Source: Nitrospirota bacterium (GTDB lineage Bacteria > Nitrospirota > JACRHJ01). Taken from it: a stretch of 64,000 bases of DNA. Location of the stretch: assembly GCA_963845245.1 (NCBI GenBank), contig CAWJRJ010000018.1, positions 1 through 64,000 of the forward strand, in the 5' to 3' direction. This document shows, piece after piece, positions 63,279 through 64,000 of this stretch. The notes under the pieces were generated by a model. That model searched no databases, was not told the origin of the DNA, and was given only the letters and a program-made list of their open reading frames with translations. A program made the translations under genes and the position numbers. Within the stretch, counting starts at the first letter, position 1; each line of letters opens with the position of its first letter.

Positions 63279-63713
63279 GTGAATTTGCACGATAGTGTTT
63301 TCTTTCAGATGGAGACTGGTGTAGTGGACCAGCTTAAGGTGGTTGTGGTCGATGACGACGAGGGCTCACGCGAGATACTGCGCCTTATAATCACAAAAAA
63401 ACTCGGCCATACAGTATTCACGGCCTCTGACGGAAAAGAGGCCCTCGATATTATAAAAAAAGAAAAGCCCGACCTCGTGATCACCGATTTCATGATGGCA
63501 AGGATGAACGGGGTGGAGCTTATAGAAAAGATAAAGGGCCTGGGCGGGCCACACGAGAAGATCGAGGTGATCCTTATTTCCGCCCACGGCAGCATGGAGA
63601 CATACCTCGATGCGATGGCACTCGGGGCCTATGAGATGATCAACAAGCCGTTCCATTCTTCCGAGATCGAACGAGTCATCAGGAAACTGACAGAGAACAA
63701 AGGTAACAAATAA
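63279..63713 (+). CDS. Single-domain response regulator (CheY-like); alternative start at 63309
   Basis: REC domain: [14 protein letters not shown]...[14 protein letters not shown]...[10 protein letters not shown]. Confidence 0.8.
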   Translation: MNLHDSVFFQMETGVVDQLKVVVVDDDEGSREILRLIITKKLGHTVFTASDGKEALDIIKKEKPDLVITDFMMARMNGVELIEKIKGLGGPHEKIEVILISAHGSMETYLDAMALGAYEMINKPFHSSEIERVIRKLTENKGNK

Positions 63714-63715
63714 TA

Positions 63716-64000
63716 ATGCAGTCTGAAAATAAATCTTTAACGGTGATCGGCGGTGGGCTTGCGGGTTCCGAGGCCGCGTGGCAGGCGGCGAAGCGTGGCA
63801 TCAAGGTGCGGCTGTACGAGATGCGCCCCGTGAAGAACACCCCCGCGCACCATACCGGGCTTCTGGCCGAGCTTGTTTGTTCAAACTCGCTTCGCTCCGC
63901 CGACGTACACAACGCGGTCGGCCTTTTGAAGGAAGAGATGCGCCGGATGGGTTCGCTCGTTATGGATGCGGCGGACGCGACGAAGGTCCCGGCCGGGAGC
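63716..64000 (+). CDS. trmFO: tRNA (uracil54-C5)-methyltransferase TrmFO/Gid; 5' part, runs off the window end
   Basis: [31 protein letters not shown]...[13 protein letters not shown]. Confidence 0.8.
   Translation, partial: MQSENKSLTVIGGGLAGSEAAWQAAKRGIKVRLYEMRPVKNTPAHHTGLLAELVCSNSLRSADVHNAVGLLKEEMRRMGSLVMDAADATKVPAGS

Noticed and set aside
1-64000. Frameshifted genes as genuine pseudogenes.
   Set aside because: The frequency, the homopolymer context and the involvement of essential, highly conserved genes (topA, coxI, tatC) favour sequencing or assembly indels. I called them as single CDS and noted the shift.
1-64000. tRNA/rRNA genes, integrases/transposases, prophage or CRISPR arrays.
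   Set aside because: No T-arm/anticodon-like conserved tRNA blocks were seen, and there are no rRNA-like stretches, no recombinase-like ORFs and no repeat-spacer arrays.

Overview
This 64 kb window is GC-rich (about 58-60%) bacterial chromosome, in a Gram-negative background that looks Deltaproteobacteria/Nitrospirota-like. It is densely coding; I found no rRNA, tRNA, CRISPR or mobile-element genes. The main blocks, in order, are listed below.

- **(1) Degenerate AT-rich 5' end.** A COX3-like tail plus a nucleotidyl-cyclase fragment lies antisense to the N-terminus of an OmpA-family gene, followed by secreted and envelope genes (AsmA/DUF748-like, mscL, a DUF438/PAS protein, a flotillin-like SPFH protein).
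- **(2) Two-component block.** REC-HisKA, a large REC-GAF-GAF-PAS histidine kinase, then an NtrC-type sigma54 activator. These sit immediately upstream of a canonical sigma54 promoter that appears to drive a complete chemotaxis operon: RR-cheY-cheA-cheW-mcp-cheR-HEAT-HEAT-cheR-cheB.
- **(3) Convergent CbrA/CbrB-like module.** cbrX-like peptide, an SSS-domain kinase and a sigma54 activator, with TGTTAC/GTAACA repeats and a sigma54 promoter in front of satP, an OprO/P-like porin and acs.
- **(4) c-di-AMP (ydaO-type) riboswitch candidate** upstream of a KimA-like APC transporter.
- **(5) caa3-type cytochrome c oxidase cluster:** sco1, coxII-cyt c, coxI, coxIII, coxIV, ctaA, ctaB.
- **(6) DUF58-batA-batB-batC** without a moxR gene, then tatA and tatC.
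- **(7) Second OprO/P-like porin** with a long structured leader, plus ModB/TupB-like ABC permease and ATPase.
- **(8) cpoB, a LysM protein, dprA-smg-topA, a CheY-like response regulator and the start of trmFO.**

The most interesting signal is a 7-cysteine module of about 52 aa that occurs twice: as the C-terminal tail of the chemoreceptor, and inserted into a GAF-domain loop of the upstream hybrid kinase. That kinase's partner activator sits in front of the sigma54 promoter of the che operon. This suggests a shared, probably metal- or redox-sensing input that couples transcription and chemotactic signalling; I do not recognise it as a described domain.

At least 20 apparent frameshifts interrupt otherwise conserved genes (coxI, topA, acs, cheR, tatC, batA/B and others). 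I take this as indel error in the assembly rather than gene decay, so those genes are called as single CDS spanning the shift.
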